39,330 bases of DNA from Candidatus Woesebacteria bacterium RIFCSPLOWO2_01_FULL_39_61 (GCA_001793155.1 MGHI01000004.1:1-39330), one strand, 5' to 3'; positions 7,275 to 17,581 are shown, counted from the first letter of the stretch. A program made the numbers and translations. The notes: generated from the letters alone by a model not told the origin.

Positions 7275-9251
7275 ATGCTAGTCCCATTATCTTGGCTCAA
7301 AGAATATGTCAATATCAAGCTCCCGCTAAAGGATCTGATGTGGAAAATGACCGAAATAGGATTGACCACAGAAACTTATACCAAGCTTGGTGATGACGTT
7401 ATTTTGGATATTGAAGTTACCCCCAATAGAGCTGATTGGTTGAGTATTGTAGGAATCGCAAGGGAACTTTCCGCATTACAAAATACTCCCATGAAATTTC
7501 CCGTAGTATCTGAAATCGCGTCTCCTAAGGCAAATCTTCCTTTCAAAATTAATAATGACTTCAAATTATGTCCCCGCTACAGTGCTATAAGCATTAAGGG
7601 TGTTGTGCAAGCTCCTTCTCCCAAATGGATGCAGGATTATCTTACAAAAATAAGTTTGCGGCCGATAAATAATCTTGTTGATGTAACAAACTATGTCATG
7701 TTCGAATTCGGTAACCCCATACACGTTTTTGACTACGATAAACTCAAAAATGCGGAAATGACAATTATGACCACGAAGGGTGGAGAAAAATTTACCAGTG
7801 TTGATGAAATATCTTATAGATTGCCTAAGGATGCTATTATATTCAAAAGCGGCAGTGAGGTAGTAGACCTTTGCGGCATTAAAGGAGGAGCCAATTCCGG
7901 CGTATCCAAATCAACCAAAAATATACTTATACTGGTAGCAATTTATGACGGAAAATTAATAAGAAGAACCTCACAAAAACTTGATTTACTCTCTGATGCG
8001 TCACGCATTTTTGAGCGCAGAGAGGATACGGGCGGGACGCTTTTGACTCTTCAACGGACTGTGAATTTAATGACTGAGCTGGCGGGTGGCAATATCGCAT
8101 CCGAAATAGCCGATGTCAAAAAAGAAAAATTAAAGCTTTCGAAACTAACACTATCCTTATCTAACTTGGAAAAAGTTCTGGGGATTAAAATCGAAGACAA
8201 GGAAGTCTTAGCTACTCTTGACAGACTCAATTTATCACCGATTCTTAAGAATAATTTGATCGAGTGCACCATTCCGACATATCGAGCTGATTTAAAAATT
8301 GAAGAAGATCTTATAGAAGAGGTCGCAAGATTATTCGGATACAATAAATTCCCGAAAACTTTGCCATACGGTGCAACTCCTAAAGATAAAATCGCCTATT
8401 TTTTTGACCCAAAACCTAAACTGAGATTGAAAGAGCTGATGTTTGGCGCCGGGTTTATTGAAATCCAAACCCTATCCCTAACCTCTGAAGAATTTATTAA
8501 TAAATCTCAGTTAAATCTTGATCTTCATATTAAAATTGCAAACCCGGTGAGCAAGGAATACGAATATTTGCGCACCAGTCTTATTCCCTCGCTACTTTCC
8601 GCGGTCAAATTAAATAGCGACATAAAAAAATTGAAACTTTATGAACTTAATAAAGTTTATTTTGGCCCGATAGATCAGTCTCAGGAAGTTTATAAACTAT
8701 CGGGATTAGAAGTAAATACTAGCTTTAGGAAATTTAAGGCAAGTCTGGATTTAATCTTCGATCGGCTTAAGGTTAAAGATTATGATATCAAAATAACTAC
8801 AGTTACTAAATCTCTCTGGCATCCTACAAAAAGCGGGGTAATTGAAAAAGGTGATGAATTTATCGGAACTTTCGGTGAAATTCACCCGAAAGTATTGCAA
8901 AACTTTAAAATAAAGGAGAAAGTTTGGGGTTTTGAGCTTGATGAAAAAACCCTGGAAAAACTCACAAAAAAGATTATATACAAAGCCCCTAACCAGCATC
9001 CTCCTCAGATAGAGGATATAACACTAATAATACCTGATTGGGTTAAAGCTTCGGGTGTTATCGCAACAATTAAAAAATCCGATACGCATGTTTCCGAGAT
9101 AGAGTTAACCGATATATATCAAAAATCACACACATTCAGGATTTGGTACCAGGATCCTAAAAAAACCATGTCTGATAACGATGTAAAGATAATCCACAAC
9201 AAAATTCTGTCGAATCTTAACAAAAAATTCGAAGTAAACGAGAAGATATAA
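7275..9251 (+). CDS. pheT: Phenylalanine--tRNA ligase beta subunit (lacks the B2 OB-fold)
   Basis: LSWLKEYV joined almost directly to DIEVTPNRADWLS; INNLVDVTNYVM; PTYRADLKIEEDLIEEVARLFGY. Confidence 0.97.
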   Translation: MLVPLSWLKEYVNIKLPLKDLMWKMTEIGLTTETYTKLGDDVILDIEVTPNRADWLSIVGIARELSALQNTPMKFPVVSEIASPKANLPFKINNDFKLCPRYSAISIKGVVQAPSPKWMQDYLTKISLRPINNLVDVTNYVMFEFGNPIHVFDYDKLKNAEMTIMTTKGGEKFTSVDEISYRLPKDAIIFKSGSEVVDLCGIKGGANSGVSKSTKNILILVAIYDGKLIRRTSQKLDLLSDASRIFERREDTGGTLLTLQRTVNLMTELAGGNIASEIADVKKEKLKLSKLTLSLSNLEKVLGIKIEDKEVLATLDRLNLSPILKNNLIECTIPTYRADLKIEEDLIEEVARLFGYNKFPKTLPYGATPKDKIAYFFDPKPKLRLKELMFGAGFIEIQTLSLTSEEFINKSQLNLDLHIKIANPVSKEYEYLRTSLIPSLLSAVKLNSDIKKLKLYELNKVYFGPIDQSQEVYKLSGLEVNTSFRKFKASLDLIFDRLKVKDYDIKITTVTKSLWHPTKSGVIEKGDEFIGTFGEIHPKVLQNFKIKEKVWGFELDEKTLEKLTKKIIYKAPNQHPPQIEDITLIIPDWVKASGVIATIKKSDTHVSEIELTDIYQKSHTFRIWYQDPKKTMSDNDVKIIHNKILSNLNKKFEVNEKI

Positions 9252-9617
9252 CTAATTTTTATTTTCTTTGAGAGCAACAAAATCTCGCCAGTAAGCCTTA
9301 CTTTGTATTAGATCAACTACCGCCGGATGTGCTGGATGCTTTATCTGCATGCTATACAGTACCTCATCTATAACTTGGTCGATTTTCGGCCTTTCGAATA
9401 AATCATTTTTATCGGGGATTATGGTCCACTGGTTATAGCAATTTTCCGGAACAACCGATCTAATTGTTCTTACCATATTTGATCTTTCTTCGGAGTATTT
9501 TAGGGACGAAGGAGTAATTCCGGAAGTTGATTCAATAAAGCCTACCCACGCGTCTTTGACCTGTCCAAGAATATGTTCGTCAGAACTACAGTCAATCTTT
9601 ATCTCAGCTAATGCCAC
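9252..9617 (-). CDS. Hypothetical protein (121 aa)
   Basis: Fills the pheT-PBP gap exactly. GTG start preceded by TACAAT 8 nt upstream. No motif recognised. Confidence 0.65.
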   Translation of the reverse strand: MALAEIKIDCSSDEHILGQVKDAWVGFIESTSGITPSSLKYSEERSNMVRTIRSVVPENCYNQWTIIPDKNDLFERPKIDQVIDEVLYSMQIKHPAHPAVVDLIQSKAYWRDFVALKENKN

Positions 9618-9656
9618 TTTTATATATTGTAAACCTTAAGTTCAAGTTTCTGCCCT

Positions 9657-12239
9657 CTAGGGTGTTGGAGTTGGCGACGGGGGAGGCAGAGTTGGAGAAT
9701 AATCCCAGGCAGTATTTACTCCGATTGTTATTCCTCTGTCTGACTCTTTACCGTTAGCGTCTTTAGCAACGGCCCGAAGAGTGTGAACACCATTTTCCAA
9801 TGTAGCGTCTTCTTTAAAAGGTTTTGAGTTAAAAGTTCGTATCCTGGTTCCGTCTACATAAAGTTCTACCTGAGTAACCTCGCTGGTAGAATCCGCTCTC
9901 ACCTCTATACTGAATTTGTTGGGTAAGTTTGAAGTTTTATCCTTAGGTGTAAAAAATTCAACGTTTACCGGGTTTTGCGTTCCGCAATAATCCGTCGGCG
10001 GATGATATCTCGGATCGGTTTGTGTTGCCGACCAGCTGAGAATTCCTTCCTGCCATTTATTTTGTCCCCCCGCGGGAGCTGTGGGATCCTCTTCCTTAAA
10101 GACAAAGAACTCCTTTTCATCATAATTACCCGCGGCTATATCCGAGGGCGTTGCCAATTTGCCGTCATTTTTACAAACCTTCAATTTTACATGCACCGGA
10201 TCCTCGCGAGGCTGCGTTCCGTCTATAAATTTTTCGATTCTGGAAGGATACCCATCGTGAGCAGCATATCCCGAGACTGAATCAATCGCAGCTGTTACTA
10301 TCCCTCCAGGAACCTCTATAGGGAAATTCGGTTTCCCGTCAAGCGCTGCTAAAATTATCCGCCTCCAAATCGGCGCCGCACCGGAGACTCCCGATGCCAA
10401 TCTAAGCATAGGAGAATTGTCGTTATTCCCAACCCAGACCCCAACCATTACCTGAGTTTCGCCTCCTACTGTCCAATTATCCCTACGATCATTAGTTGTT
10501 CCTGTTTTAGCCATTACCTGACGTCCGGGGATCTTCAAGGCTGAATTAGGTCCGAAAACTATTAACCTGGCATCGTTATCTGAGAGTATGTCAGCTATCA
10601 AATATGCCTGCTCCGGTGTTAATACTCTCTTTCCTTTTTTAGGTTCCGTTTGTTCAAGAACCTTTCCGTCAGAATCCTCAATCTTGAGAATCGCCGTAGG
10701 ATCAACTTTAAATCCCTGATTTGTAAAAGTAGAGTAAGCACCGGTTAACTCCAATAAACGCACCTCTCCACCACCCAAGGTAAGGGAAAGACCTACCCTT
10801 GCAAGCGTCTCCTTTGTCGGCGGAAGCGATTGTAAGCCGAGTTCGTACGCAGTCTCTAAGGTCTTTTTAATACCGACGGTAGCAAGCATTTTAACAGCAG
10901 GTACGTTAACGGAGTTACCGAGAGTATAACGAACCTGCATCGGACCGCGATATTTTCCGTCATAATTAACGGGTTTATAAGTTGGCTGGTCACCACCGGG
11001 GAATTCCGTAGGAACATCCATAATGAGCGTTGATGGGGTATACCCTTCCTTAAACGCAGTAACATAGGTTATCGGCTTTATGGCGGACCCGGGCTGTCTT
11101 AGGGACATTGTGACGTTTACCTGACCATCATAGTCCTTGGCACTAAAATCTTTTGAACCCACCATCGACAGAATTTCTCCGGTCTGAGGATTAAGAATTA
11201 CTGCAGCGCCGTTTGTTATATGAAATTTATCCTCCACTTTAGCTATTTCTTCTGACACTATTGACTGGGCTTTTTCCTGCAGGTCCAAATCGAGTGTGGT
11301 CGTAACTTTCAGTCCACCCTGTTCGACAACCCTCTCACCGTATCTCTCTTCCAATATAGCCTGAACGTACTGAACAAAATGAGGTGCTTTAAAGTTGGCT
11401 CCGCGGTTTAGAAAACTTATGTCATCCAACTGACTCAGCGCTTCCTCCTCCTGTTCGTTATCAATGTATCCGTCTTCACGCATTCTTCTTAATACCTGCT
11501 TTGTTCTGTCTTTATAGGCGTCGGGATAAGCAGAATAAGGAGAATAAACGGAAGGTCTTTGGGGAAGTCCGGCAAGTACTGCTGATTCGACTAAATTAAG
11601 GTCTTCAACGCTCTTCCCGAAATAGGTTTCTGACGCAGCTTCGACACCCCAAGCGGTCCCGCCGTACGGAGCTTCGTTTAAATACATCTGTAAAATTTCA
11701 TCTTTGGAATATTTTCTTTCTATTTGAACTGCAAGTATAAACTCCTTTATTTTGCGAAGTACTGAATATTCGGGGGTGAGTAGAACATTTTTTACCAGTT
11801 GTTGGGTTAGAGTAGAACCTCCCTGTGCGTAACCACGGGTAAATATTCTGGAAAAACCTCTTATAATACCCAAGGGGTCAAAACCGCTGTGTTTATAAAA
11901 GTTTTTATCTTCAATTGCTATCGTGGCTTTCTTCAAGTAGTCGGGAATATTTTTGATATCTGCCGGGGTACGCCTCTGATCGGCAAATATATCATAAAGA
12001 ACTTTGCCGTTCCTGTCTAAAATTTTGGTCGAAAATCCTTCCCGTCTGACTATTTTGTCCGGAGAGGGAAGGTTAAAAGCAAACAAGGGAAAGATAATAA
12101 ATGAAGATAAAAAGACAAGTACTACCCCGAGGAGTGAAAATTTCGCTAATTTCAGTATTAAACGGGTTTTTTTAACGCTGAAAGAATCCTGCCGGAAACT
12201 TTTTCTCGCAAACCTCTTTCTTCTCCAAGTTGACATCAC
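9657..12239 (-). CDS. Class A penicillin-binding protein (PBP1A family) with C-terminal Ig-like domain
   Basis: N-terminal TM helix; glycosyltransferase motifs EDKNFYKHSG and GGSTLTQQLVKN; transpeptidase SAIK, SVN, KTG; C-terminal VELYVDG...HTLRAVAKD Ig-like fold and Pro/Thr tail. Start may be ATG 12236. Confidence 0.95.
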   Translation of the reverse strand: MMSTWRRKRFARKSFRQDSFSVKKTRLILKLAKFSLLGVVLVFLSSFIIFPLFAFNLPSPDKIVRREGFSTKILDRNGKVLYDIFADQRRTPADIKNIPDYLKKATIAIEDKNFYKHSGFDPLGIIRGFSRIFTRGYAQGGSTLTQQLVKNVLLTPEYSVLRKIKEFILAVQIERKYSKDEILQMYLNEAPYGGTAWGVEAASETYFGKSVEDLNLVESAVLAGLPQRPSVYSPYSAYPDAYKDRTKQVLRRMREDGYIDNEQEEEALSQLDDISFLNRGANFKAPHFVQYVQAILEERYGERVVEQGGLKVTTTLDLDLQEKAQSIVSEEIAKVEDKFHITNGAAVILNPQTGEILSMVGSKDFSAKDYDGQVNVTMSLRQPGSAIKPITYVTAFKEGYTPSTLIMDVPTEFPGGDQPTYKPVNYDGKYRGPMQVRYTLGNSVNVPAVKMLATVGIKKTLETAYELGLQSLPPTKETLARVGLSLTLGGGEVRLLELTGAYSTFTNQGFKVDPTAILKIEDSDGKVLEQTEPKKGKRVLTPEQAYLIADILSDNDARLIVFGPNSALKIPGRQVMAKTGTTNDRRDNWTVGGETQVMVGVWVGNNDNSPMLRLASGVSGAAPIWRRIILAALDGKPNFPIEVPGGIVTAAIDSVSGYAAHDGYPSRIEKFIDGTQPREDPVHVKLKVCKNDGKLATPSDIAAGNYDEKEFFVFKEEDPTAPAGGQNKWQEGILSWSATQTDPRYHPPTDYCGTQNPVNVEFFTPKDKTSNLPNKFSIEVRADSTSEVTQVELYVDGTRIRTFNSKPFKEDATLENGVHTLRAVAKDANGKESDRGITIGVNTAWDYSPTLPPPSPTPTP

Positions 12240-12294
12240 CTAATTTTAACATGGCTTTGATTTAAATTCCCAAACAATCTAAAATAATCACAAC

Positions 12295-13449
12295 ATGGAT
12301 AAATTAGAAGAAGTTTTAACAAGAGGAGTAGAGCAAATTTTACCGTCGAAAGAGGGTTTGGCAGAGCTAATGGGGAAGAAAAAGATAACTCTTTACCAAG
12401 GATTTGATCCTTCAATGCCATCTCTACATTTAGGAAATTACGTAGGTTTAATGAAACTGAGAGCCTTTCAAAAACTAGGACACAAGGTCATATTTCTGGT
12501 TGGGGACTTCACCGGCATGATAGGGGATCCTGATAAAATTTCAACAAGAGTACCTTTAACCAGAGAGCAAACTGTTAAAAACTCGGAAAAATGGAAGGAA
12601 CAGGCATCTAAAGTATTAGATTTTGGAGGGGAAAATCCTGCTAAGATACTTTTCAACTCAAAATGGAATGACCCTATTGAGTTTAAGGAGTTATTAGAAA
12701 TTACGTCGCATTTTACCGTGCAGCAGATTCTGGAAAGAGATATGTTTCAAAAAAGACTTAAGGAGAACCATCCCATCAGGTTGCATGAATTATTGTATCC
12801 AGTCATACAAGCTATCGATAGCATAAAGATGGTGCCGGGTGGGGTTGATCTCGAAGTTGGCGGAAATGACCAGTTATTTAACATATTAGCAGGGCGAGAT
12901 TTAATGAAAGTTGTATGGAAAAAGGAGAAATTTATTCTTGCTACAAAACTACTTATTGATAAGGAAGGAAATAAGGTTGGAAAAACAACAGGTAATGCCC
13001 TATTTCTTGATGTTCCACCTAGCGAGCTCTTTGCAGGCATCATGTCTTTTCCGGATGAGGTTATCGAGCTTGGATTTGAACTATTAACAGATGTTGATCT
13101 CTCAGGAATCGCCGAAAAAGTTAAATCAGAACCGATGGAACAAAAGAAACAGCTCGCATATGAAGTTGTAAATATTCTTTGGGGAGAAAACACGGCAAAG
13201 GAAGCTCAAGAACATTTTGACAAAACATTCAGCCGCGGTAAACCAACCTTCCAAGACACACCATTGGTCGATTCAAGTCTACTTGGTACCGTTTCTCACG
13301 CCTCAAACGTAAGCATTTCGCAAGCCAAGAGACTTATTACACAAGGTTCCGTCGATGTTAATGGGATAAAGATCGTAGATCCAAAGTTTCAAGTTGAAAG
13401 TGGAGCAGAAATAAAAATAGGTAAAAGAGGATTTTACGAAATAAAATAA
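12295..13449 (+). CDS. tyrS: Tyrosine--tRNA ligase
   Basis: YQGFDPS..LHLGN (HIGH), IGDP, GGNDQLFN, KVGKT (KMSKS), C-terminal S4-like domain. Confidence 0.97.
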   Translation: MDKLEEVLTRGVEQILPSKEGLAELMGKKKITLYQGFDPSMPSLHLGNYVGLMKLRAFQKLGHKVIFLVGDFTGMIGDPDKISTRVPLTREQTVKNSEKWKEQASKVLDFGGENPAKILFNSKWNDPIEFKELLEITSHFTVQQILERDMFQKRLKENHPIRLHELLYPVIQAIDSIKMVPGGVDLEVGGNDQLFNILAGRDLMKVVWKKEKFILATKLLIDKEGNKVGKTTGNALFLDVPPSELFAGIMSFPDEVIELGFELLTDVDLSGIAEKVKSEPMEQKKQLAYEVVNILWGENTAKEAQEHFDKTFSRGKPTFQDTPLVDSSLLGTVSHASNVSISQAKRLITQGSVDVNGIKIVDPKFQVESGAEIKIGKRGFYEIK

Positions 13450-13463
13450 CAGTAAAATTTGCT

Positions 13464-13580
13464 ATGAGATTTCCAAGAATAAAAGACAAGAAAAAATTAT
13501 TTTTTACAATAATCCTGATTTTCTCTACAATCGGGCTTTTGCTTACTACCTTTTTGCCTCTCATCTTTTACGCCCTTTAA
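13464..13580 (+). CDS. Small single-pass membrane protein (38 aa), below the ORF-track cutoff
   Basis: MRFPRIKDKKKLFFTIILIFSTIGLLLTTFLPLIFYAL: basic N-terminus then a hydrophobic helix. TAAAAT 5 nt upstream. Confidence 0.6.
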   Translation: MRFPRIKDKKKLFFTIILIFSTIGLLLTTFLPLIFYAL

Positions 13581-13619
13581 TTAAGCACATTACTCCGTGA
13601 TATTATTAAGCCAAGATTC

Positions 13620-15644
13620 ATGAAGCTTGACACACCGATATTACGATTACCTTCTGTAGGGTCCGTATATGCCAACAGGTTAAGAAAGTTGGATATCGAA
13701 ACGGCAGAAGATTTACTTTTACACGTTCCGTCAAGATACATTGATTACAGAATCAAATCGGCAATTTCCGATACACAACCCGGAGAAACAGTCACAATTC
13801 AGGGAAAAATTGAATCCGTCAAAAATATTTACACTACCCATGGAAAGAAAATTCAAATGGGCGAGGTGTCTGATAAAACCGGAGTCTTAACGGTTGTCTG
13901 GTTTAATCAACCGTATCTTATCCGAAACGTCAAAAAGGGAATGAATTATTCTTTCTCGGGAAAAATTGACTGGTTCGACAGAAAGAAGGCTCTCGTTTCT
14001 CCGGAATATGAACCCCTTGACGGAAAAACCCAAACACTGCATACCGGACGGCTCGTTCCTGTTTATCCCGAAACAGCGAGGGTATCTTCCAAATGGTTAA
14101 GGGGAAAGGTAGTTTTGACTCTGTCTTTAGTTGAACAATGGTTGGATGATTTTGTTCCCACGGATGTCTTAGCAAGATATTCCTTAATAGATTTTATAAA
14201 AGCGCTGGAATCCGTTCATTTTCCTGAAACGCCCGAAGAGGCTCGGGAAGCAAAAACGCGATTGGCGTTTAACGAACTTCTTTTCCACCACCTTAGAAGT
14301 CTGATGCGTAAAAAAGATTGGCACCAGATCATGACTGCCAATAGGCTTATTGTTGATACAGACGCGATGAAAGAGTTTATTAATTCACTTGCCTTTGACC
14401 TAACCAATTCCCAAATCAGGTCGATAAATGAAATCTCCGAAGATCTTGTCAAAGATTCGCCCATGAACAGACTCCTTGAAGGTGATGTCGGCTCGGGAAA
14501 AACGGTGGTTGCCGCGGCGGCTGCCTTCGCATCTTTTATCAACGGCTATCAGACAGTTTTTATGGCTCCGACGCAGATTCTGGCAAATCAACACTTTAAT
14601 ACTCTTCACGAAATCTTTGACAGATTTAAGGTAAGGGTAAGCCTGGTAACCTCGTCCCTGGTCAAAAAAGATCTCGGCAAAACGGATATATTTGTCGGCA
14701 CGCATGCGCTAATCCACAAAAAAATCGACTTTGAAAGTGTTTCACTCGTCGTTATCGACGAACAACACAGATTCGGCGTTGAGCAAAGGGCACACCTAAT
14801 CAAAAAAACCGAAAATAAGGGCACCGCCCCCCATATTCTTACCATGACGGCAACTCCCATACCGAGAACTGCTGCACTAACCATCTATGGTGATCTTGAC
14901 CTATCAACCTTAGATGAACTTCCCAAAGGCCGACGGCCAATTACCACATGGGTTATCTCGCCGGCCAAAAGAGATTCTGGATATGAGTGGATCAAGGACA
15001 AAATTAAAAAAGAAAATATTCAGGTTTATATTATTTGCCCTTTGATTGAGGAATCCGAGGTCGAAACAATGAGGCAGGTCAAGGCTGCAACGGTTGAGTA
15101 CGAAAAATTAAAAGAGATTTTCTCGGACATGAATGTAGACTTACTTCACGGCAGACAATCGGCAAAACTCAAAAACGAAGTGTTGGATTCCTTTAAAAAG
15201 GGAGTTACCAAAGTCTTGGTATCAACACCGGTAGTTGAGGTAGGAATTGATGTAGCCAACGCAACAATAATGGTTATCGAAGGCGCCGAAAGATTCGGTT
15301 TGGCTCAACTTCACCAACTCCGGGGTCGAGTCGGACGGGGAAGTATTAAAAGTTACTGCCTTTTAATTACAGATTCGCATTCTAATGTTGTTTTTACAAG
15401 ACTGAAGGCTCTTACTAAATCGATGTCCGGATTTGAACTGGCCGAACTTGATTTGAAAATGAGAGGACCGGGTGAAATTTTCGGGAAGAAACAGCACGGT
15501 TTTCTGGATTTGAAAATAGCCGCATGGAGCGATACCGATCTTATCAAAAAATCCAGAAGCGTTGCGGAAGAGGCAATCGAAAATCCCAAAAAGTTCTCAA
15601 AACTTTTAAACAAAATCGACAGCCAAAACATCGTCCCGAACTAA
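13620..15644 (+). CDS. recG: ATP-dependent DNA helicase RecG
   Basis: Wedge domain, MNRLLEGDVGSGKT, DEQHRFGVEQR, TATPIPRT, QLHQLRGRVGRG, DLKMRGPGE. Confidence 0.98.
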   Translation: MKLDTPILRLPSVGSVYANRLRKLDIETAEDLLLHVPSRYIDYRIKSAISDTQPGETVTIQGKIESVKNIYTTHGKKIQMGEVSDKTGVLTVVWFNQPYLIRNVKKGMNYSFSGKIDWFDRKKALVSPEYEPLDGKTQTLHTGRLVPVYPETARVSSKWLRGKVVLTLSLVEQWLDDFVPTDVLARYSLIDFIKALESVHFPETPEEAREAKTRLAFNELLFHHLRSLMRKKDWHQIMTANRLIVDTDAMKEFINSLAFDLTNSQIRSINEISEDLVKDSPMNRLLEGDVGSGKTVVAAAAAFASFINGYQTVFMAPTQILANQHFNTLHEIFDRFKVRVSLVTSSLVKKDLGKTDIFVGTHALIHKKIDFESVSLVVIDEQHRFGVEQRAHLIKKTENKGTAPHILTMTATPIPRTAALTIYGDLDLSTLDELPKGRRPITTWVISPAKRDSGYEWIKDKIKKENIQVYIICPLIEESEVETMRQVKAATVEYEKLKEIFSDMNVDLLHGRQSAKLKNEVLDSFKKGVTKVLVSTPVVEVGIDVANATIMVIEGAERFGLAQLHQLRGRVGRGSIKSYCLLITDSHSNVVFTRLKALTKSMSGFELAELDLKMRGPGEIFGKKQHGFLDLKIAAWSDTDLIKKSRSVAEEAIENPKKFSKLLNKIDSQNIVPN

Positions 15645-15722
15645 TATCGTCTTTTTTTGGGTTCCATCTTGCACCAGAGTGCCTATATCAGTTACAATTC
15701 CAATGATCTTAACTGAATTTAG

Positions 15723-15757
15723 TTTCTTTGACTCACTTTCTTTCAAAAGAAAGTGAG
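15723..15757 (+). repeat. TTTCTTT tract plus CTTTCTTT/AAAGAAAG hairpin before rpmF
   Basis: TTTCTTTGA then CTCACTTTCTTT-CA-AAAGAAAGTGAG (15732-15757), 8 nt before the ATG. Confidence 0.8.
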
Positions 15758-15765
15758 AAACGATT

Positions 15766-15927
15766 ATGACGCCGTTACCCAAGAAAAAACATACCAGAAG
15801 TCGAAGCAATATCAGGAGAAATTCTCCGGCGCACAGGATGAGTCTGCCGAATTTGAGCCAGTGTCCCAGCTGCGGCAAACTCAAAGAATCGCACAAAGCT
15901 TGTCCCTATTGTGGTTTTTATAAATAA
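15766..15927 (+). CDS. rpmF: 50S ribosomal protein L32 (zinc-ribbon type), missed by the ORF track
   Basis: MTPLPKKKHTRSRSNIRR...CPSCGKLKESHKACPYCGFYK (53 aa). Confidence 0.95.
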   Translation: MTPLPKKKHTRSRSNIRRNSPAHRMSLPNLSQCPSCGKLKESHKACPYCGFYK

Positions 15928-16022
15928 CTTTGTATCAATTACTTCAGAAAATCACAGGGTTTACAAATAATCTGAATCTTTTACAATAATATAGTGTTTT
16001 GTCTTTTTCTTTTACATAGAAT

Positions 16023-16403
16023 ATGAAAAAAGCAGGTGATCCCCGCCATAAATTAAGAAGGGAAGTAGTTAAATTACTGTTCGCCGAAAGCTTTACGCAT
16101 CAAGGAGGATTGAACGATAATGCTAAAGCTATTCTTAAAATGAAGGATTTTCTGGACGATAAAATTAAAAAGGCGGCTCCGGCTTGGCCTGTAGATAAGT
16201 TAAACAGAATCGATTTAGCAATACTAAGGTTGGCGGTTTATGAATTAACTCAATCGAAAACTCCGCCAAAAGTTATAATTGATGAGGCGGTTGAGCTGGC
16301 AAAAGAATTCGGGGCAGAGTCATCGCCTTCTTTTGTAAATGGAGTTCTGGGAACTATTTTTAAGGAAAAGGGGGAAGAAAGTGATGACAAAAAATCCTCA
16401 TAA
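16023..16403 (+). CDS. nusB: Transcription antitermination factor NusB
   Basis: [37 protein letters not shown]. Confidence 0.96.
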   Translation: MKKAGDPRHKLRREVVKLLFAESFTHQGGLNDNAKAILKMKDFLDDKIKKAAPAWPVDKLNRIDLAILRLAVYELTQSKTPPKVIIDEAVELAKEFGAESSPSFVNGVLGTIFKEKGEESDDKKSS

Positions 16404-16638
16404 AGACGTAAAAACTCAAATTAAAAAACTCCTCTCGGAATATCTGGGAGTTGAGCCTGATGATATAGACGAAGAGGATTCCCTCGTAGCGGACCTGCAT
16501 ATGAAGCCGACAGATTTAACAGATTTTGTCGAAATACTTGATACTCGGGGACTGGATATTTCGAAACTAGAGTTAACTGAAATCGAAACCGTCGGAGAGC
16601 TCATTGAGGAAGTCGGTTTAAATGACTACCTCGATTAG
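16384..16638 (+). CDS. Acyl-carrier-protein-like protein lacking the canonical phosphopantetheine serine
   Basis: Small and acidic; [22 protein letters not shown]...[11 protein letters not shown] matches the ACP pattern; acp-rnc synteny. Start moved to ATG 16384. Confidence 0.75.
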   Translation: MTKNPHKDVKTQIKKLLSEYLGVEPDDIDEEDSLVADLHMKPTDLTDFVEILDTRGLDISKLELTEIETVGELIEEVGLNDYLD

Positions 16639-16648
16639 AATAGTAAAT

Positions 16649-17323
16649 ATGTCCCCGAAAAGTATAGCAGTCTTATTTAAAAACAATAAAATATTTGATT
16701 TGGCTCTTACTCATAAATCATGGGTGAATGAGCACCCGGGCAAAAGCGAGTCGAACGAACGTTTAGAGTTCTTGGGCGATGCAGTGCTCGAGTTCGTCGT
16801 TTCAAAGGAACTTTATGAGCGTTTTCCGGACAAAGAAGAAGGATATTTGACAGCTTTAAGGGCAAATCTGGTAAATACCGTAAATCTCGCGGAAATTGCC
16901 AGGAAACTCAGGGTCGGAACACTTTTATACTTATCAAAAGGTGAAGAAGAGGGCGGAGGACGGGAAAATCCGTCGCTACTCGCTAACACAATGGAGGCTC
17001 TCATTGGAGGTTTATATATAGACGGAGGAATAACAGAAGCCGAAAATTTTATTAAAAAATATCTTTTCCCGTCTATAGACGAAAAGATAGCAAAACCTTT
17101 AAAAGACGCCAAAAGCAGACTCCAGGAATACGTTCAGGCCAAGGGTTTACCGGCTCCAAAATACGAAGTAGTCGAAGAGGAAGGCCCGGATCATAACAAA
17201 AAATTTACTATCGAAGCCAGGGTAAACAACGAAGTGTGGGGAAAAGGAATGGGAAAAAATAAAAGCGAGGCGGCACAGGATGCTGCAATAAAGGTTTTGG
17301 AGAAAATTTCAGATTCAGATTAA
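16649..17323 (+). CDS. rnc: Ribonuclease III
   Basis: NERLEFLGDAVL signature, EALIGGLYID, dsRBD (KSRLQEYVQ...GPDHNKKF). Start 16649 preferred over 16622 (TAGAAT 7 nt upstream, no overlap). Confidence 0.97.
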   Translation: MSPKSIAVLFKNNKIFDLALTHKSWVNEHPGKSESNERLEFLGDAVLEFVVSKELYERFPDKEEGYLTALRANLVNTVNLAEIARKLRVGTLLYLSKGEEEGGGRENPSLLANTMEALIGGLYIDGGITEAENFIKKYLFPSIDEKIAKPLKDAKSRLQEYVQAKGLPAPKYEVVEEEGPDHNKKFTIEARVNNEVWGKGMGKNKSEAAQDAAIKVLEKISDSD

Positions 17324-17359
17324 TTTGCCTAAAGACTCCTCATGGGTTAAAATTCACTC

Positions 17360-17581
17360 ATGGTAAAAATCCGACTGGTAAGACAAGGCGCAAAAGGAAA
17401 TCCTACATACAGGATCGTTGTCATAAGTAAAGAAAGAAAAAGACAGGGTAAGCCCATTGATACGATAGGATATTGGTATCCTTCCAAACAAACTAAAAAA
17501 CTTGATAATGACAAATTAAAATTCTGGCTGGGTAGAGGAGCCCAACTTTCTTTAAGTTTAAAAAAGCTGATTGAAATATGA
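17360..17581 (+). CDS. rpsP: 30S ribosomal protein S16
   Basis: MVKIRLVRQGAKGNPTYRIVV...WLGRGAQ. Confidence 0.96.
   Translation: MVKIRLVRQGAKGNPTYRIVVISKERKRQGKPIDTIGYWYPSKQTKKLDNDKLKFWLGRGAQLSLSLKKLIEI

Noticed and set aside
15606-15896. 96-aa minus-strand ORF
   Set aside because: It is antisense to the real rpmF on the plus strand.
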